From positions 124,001 to 188,000 of the forward strand of contig NIVC01000064.1 in the NCBI GenBank assembly GCA_002269645.1: DNA of 64,000 nt, in the 5' to 3' direction. Both the position numbers and the translations under genes were made by a program. Shown here piece by piece: positions 60,256-64,000 of this stretch (positions within the stretch are counted from its first letter, which is position 1; every line of letters begins with the position of its first letter). The DNA comes from Macrostomum lignano. Taxonomy: Eukaryota. The notes beneath the pieces were generated by a model that had not been told where the DNA came from, searched no databases, and was given only the letters and a program-made list of their open reading frames with translations.

Positions 60256-60926
60256 TCACGGCTTGCTCTTGTCCTGCATAGCGCGAACGGCAACAACACC
60301 TTCTTCCTTCATTGAGGCCAGCACCTGCAATTGGAATTGGCGAGTGGAGCGGAACTTAGGGATATTTTTTTATCCTCGATTAACAACCATCATCAAACTC
60401 TCACACCTGGTGAATGCTAATCTCCTTGACCTTGAATACGAAATATCATACTTCGGGAATGCTAATCTCCAATTACCCGGATAATTGCAGAAAGATCACT
60501 CACCTGAATGACAAGAGACTCGTCAGCATCGAAGCGCCTGCGAATCTCGCTGCCAATATCGCCCTCGGGCAGACGGATGTCCTCCTTCATGTCGCCATTC
60601 TCTGACATGAGCTCGAGAAAGCCCTCATCCGAGATATTAACCAGCTGGTACTCACGCCTAGCCACATTAGGCACCTGCATGTTGGCGCTGGACGGGCTAA
60701 TATCTTCGTATTTCTTGTTAGTAAAGATGTCGATAGCGACCAGGTGCACCTTGGCAGAGCCGTGTTTGCCAGTCTTCGAGGTGCTCATTTCAACAATTTT
60801 GCAGGGGCGATCTTTGATTAGAACGTGGCCGCCTTTGCGCAAGTTGGAGCAGATGGTCGGGACGAACAGCGAAGCGCCGGCATCGGCGGAATGGTACTCA
60901 TTGTCGTCGTCGAAATTGTTGGCCAT
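60256..60926 (-). CDS. EIF5A: Translation factor eIF5A, 163 aa; exons 60926-60504 and 60324-60256
   Basis: [29 protein letters not shown] hypusine loop; GT-AG phase-0 intron; C-terminal [16 protein letters not shown]. Confidence 0.96.
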
Positions 60927-61249
60927 TGCTAATTTTAAAGGCTTAGTAGTTATGTAAATTTGGGGAATGAGCGGTCACTACGCTGTGCTGAAATGATTTT
61001 TGAAAGATATCAATTTTAGATAACAAACTACAGACAGTAAAATCTACTTTGAGTGCGATGGTAAGTCAAAACATTGAGGGCAGAATCTTAGAGACAGCTG
61101 AGGGACGATTCTGCGAGGCATCCGAAATTTAAAGACTTAAAGACAACTGAAAACGATTCTTAAAGACCGCTGAGGGTGACTGAGAAACAGCTGAGGAGCA
61201 ATTCATATAGACGGATGAGGGGCGATTTTTAGAGACAGCCGAAGAGCGG

Positions 61250-61980
61250 TTCTTAGAGACAGCTGAGGGGCGATTATTAGAGACAGCTGAGGGGGACTAT
61301 TAGAGACAGCTGAGGGGCGATTATTAGAGACAGCTGAGGGGGACTATTAGAGACAGCTGAGGGGCGATTATTAAAGACAGCTGAGGGGGACTATTAGAGA
61401 CAGCTGAGGGGCGATTATTAAAGACAGCTGAGGGGGACTATTAGAGACAGCTGAGGGGGACTATTAGAGACAGCTGAGGGGCGATTATTAAAGACAGCTG
61501 AGGGGGACTATTAGAGACAGCTGAGGGGGACTATTAGAGACAGCTGAGGGGGATGTTAAAGACAGCTGAAGGGGACTATTAGAGACAGCTGAGGGGGACT
61601 ATTAGAGACAGCTGAGGGGCGATTATTAAAGACAGCTGAGGGGGACTATTAGAGACAGCTGAGGGGGACTATTAGAGACAGCTGAGGGGGGATGTTAAAG
61701 ACAGCTGAGGGGCGACTATTAGAGACAGCTGAGGGGCGACTAATAGAGACAGCTGAGGGGCGATTATTAGAGACAGCTGAGGGGGGATGTTAAAGACAGC
61801 TGAGGGGGACTATTAGAGACAGCTGAGGGGGACTATTAGAGACAGCTGAGGTGCGACTATTAGAGACAGCTGAGGGAGACTAATAGAGACAGCTGAGGGG
61901 CGATTATTAGAGACAGCTGAGGGGCGATTCTTAGAGACAGCTGAGGGGCGATTCTTAGAGACAGCTGAGGGGCGATTCGC
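61250..61980. repeat. 23-bp minisatellite TAGAGACAGCTGAGGGGGACTAT
   Basis: About 31 copies between TOP2 and eIF5A. Confidence 0.95.
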
Positions 61981-62919
61981 TTATACTGTGTTGATAGGGA
62001 AGTTTAAAATAAAGTATAGCAAGAAACAGACAGCAAAACTTATCGATTTCGCAAATCCTGATTATATATTAAACTACAAAAAACGAAAAAGTTTGTAACA
62101 ATTTTTACTAAATCATTTCAGTTCATAAATAAAAAGCTTCATTAAGTTTTTTTGCATAAGCTAAAAGAGTAATGTTGATAAAACCCAAAGCTTAACAGAT
62201 CAAGCTTTCCTTTAAGATAAGACCAATAAAATGCACGACTTGCTTAAGCGTGGACTGAATACGTACGCGAACACACGGATAGCTAGGTGTGTGAAAAGGA
62301 GATTTTCAAAGTGTTACAGATAGATAAAATACAATGGCTAAAACACTTAGGAAATGATAAGAGCCATATACGTAGTAAATTAGCAAGCAATAAGGGAGTG
62401 TGTATACGTTTTCAAGACAAGAATACGATAATAAAAGCTGACAATCAAAACCGCTGACAAGTGTCTGTCAGTCTGTTAAACACAATCAGAACAAGCAAAA
62501 AATGACCGGGTGCTGATAACTACGTATATAGCTATTTAACTAAAACCAACGCTTATAATGCGCTTTGGAAAGAAACTTCTCAAGTTACAAACATTAGAAT
62601 GCAAAACGTAATTATGAAAAAATGCTCGCAATAACATAATTTTAGTATTTTTAATGTTGTAAAACAGGTTAAAAGCAGCACGCATACGTATTTAGAAATT
62701 GTAATATTATCGCATGTATATCATCTTTCGATTCAAAATTAACAATCAAAAAGAATATATTAAAAAGATCATAATTACTACTCGTAACTAGCAAAAAACA
62801 TCAATCAATAAATCAGAAATATTTCAACAGGTAAAAAATTCAATCATTAATTTAAAAACCGATCAAGAAGCATCAAGAAATCAAGAAGAAAAAATTCACC
62901 ATAACAATGTCCACGTCGC

Positions 62920-64000
62920 TCAATCCACGTCGCTCAGACCTTCGCTATCCGAATAGACATATTTAACAGTTGATTTAGAGCCACGACTTGGTCGATTGGC
63001 TGCCGTCGACGGGGCGGCACCTGAGGAGGCGCCGATTTCATCATCGTCAGAGGCGCCGCCGCCGGCGCCACCAACAAAGCTATCATCGCTGTCGCTGCCC
63101 CGTTCCCACGGGTTCCGTTTCGATGAGTTTTTGTTAGTAGTAGCGGTCGACTTTTTTGTTGTCGCCGATTTTGGTTTGTTGTCAGTTTTTGCTTTTTTAA
63201 CGGCCGGCTGTTTTGTTGGCTTCCTCGAGTCTGTAATTTTCTTCGATTTTGGCTTTGCTGTTGTTGCTGTTATTTTCTTTTTGACAGGCGTTGACTGACC
63301 GGCCGGTTTGAATTCAGCATCGTCGCTTAGCGAAGACAAAGAATCGTCGCTGGTATCGGAGCTGTCATCGGCAGCTTTGCGCTTCTTCGATGGCTGCTGC
63401 TTGGGCGACTTTTTAATCGTCGCCTGCTCTTTTTTAACAGCGGAAGCTGTTGGACGCTTAGAGTTGTTCGAGCCGGCGGCCGCGGAGGTGGATGGCTTGC
63501 CAACCAAGCAGGAGACATCGACGCCCGAGTCAGACAGTCTCTGCCAGAGCGGCTTAGGCCCGGCGCCACCAAATTCGCCGTCGCTATCGTCGAACTCGAA
63601 ACTATTAGCAGATGTTGATTTCTGCTGTTGCTGCTTACGCGGCGATTTCTCGATCTTATCGCCAGCAGCAGCAGTGGCGGCGGAAGCGGACTTAGCTCTA
63701 GCTAGCATCTGTTCGTCAATCTGAGGCGCTATTCTACGCGCACCTGGAGTTGGCAAGTGTTCAACACTAATCCGAGTTGATTTAGCCGCCCGAGCTTTAT
63801 TACTGGCCGCGTTAGAGGCGGCCAATTTAGCGGCGGTCAGTTTCTTAGCTAATTCTTCGGCTCGCTCAGCCTCAGCTTTATTGAGCTGGTCGATGGCAGC
63901 CTGAAGACTGTCTAAATCTTCCGACCACATTGTACGCGGCGTCTTCGCCCTTAAAGCGGTTAATTCGGCCGATTTAGCGTCTCGTTGACGCAATAATTCG
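62920..64000 (-). CDS. TOP2: DNA topoisomerase II, C-terminal part (runs off the window end)
   Basis: ELLRQRDAKSAELTALRAKTPRTMWSEDL matches the end of the Top2 core, followed by a K/S/D-rich CTD ending in a DTHCT-like RPSRGSKSTVKYVYSDSE. Confidence 0.85.
   Translation of the reverse strand, partial: ELLRQRDAKSAELTALRAKTPRTMWSEDLDSLQAAIDQLNKAEAERAEELAKKLTAAKLAASNAASNKARAAKSTRISVEHLPTPGARRIAPQIDEQMLARAKSASAATAAAGDKIEKSPRKQQQQKSTSANSFEFDDSDGEFGGAGPKPLWQRLSDSGVDVSCLVGKPSTSAAAGSNNSKRPTASAVKKEQATIKKSPKQQPSKKRKAADDSSDTSDDSLSSLSDDAEFKPAGQSTPVKKKITATTAKPKSKKITDSRKPTKQPAVKKAKTDNKPKSATTKKSTATTNKNSSKRNPWERGSDSDDSFVGGAGGGASDDDEIGASSGAAPSTAANRPSRGSKSTVKYVYSDSEGLSDVD

Overview
Eukaryotic (animal) genomic DNA with spliceosomal introns. 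Gene style and minisatellite-stuffed introns resemble the flatworm Macrostomum, which is an inference and not a database result. Genes: three SLC26/SulP anion-transporter paralogs (one intronless and STAS-less, two multi-exon and in inverted orientation), an ARHGAP20-like PH/RA/RhoGAP gene, and a tight minus-strand run TOP2 (3' end) > eIF5A > BORCS8 > unknown mitochondrial-like membrane protein > ABCB8. Mobile DNA: a foldback element with a 9-bp TSD, a solo LTR with a 4-bp TSD, a second LTR-like segment, a decayed THAP/P-type transposase, a Helitron-like element carrying a 5-kb satellite, a CORE-like tRNA SINE and a MITE. About 25 distinct tandem arrays are present. Main leads: (1) two adjacent genes whose first coding exon starts in frame at a splice acceptor with no ATG, suggesting the spliced-leader 3' AUG supplies the start codon within an operon; (2) inverted minisatellite arrays flanking one frame-preserving SLC26 exon; (3) a 207-bp gene-conversion tract over the anion-binding helices of two SLC26 paralogs; (4) minisatellites built from splice sites in ABCB8 introns. 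All coordinates were read by hand and repeat boundaries are approximate.
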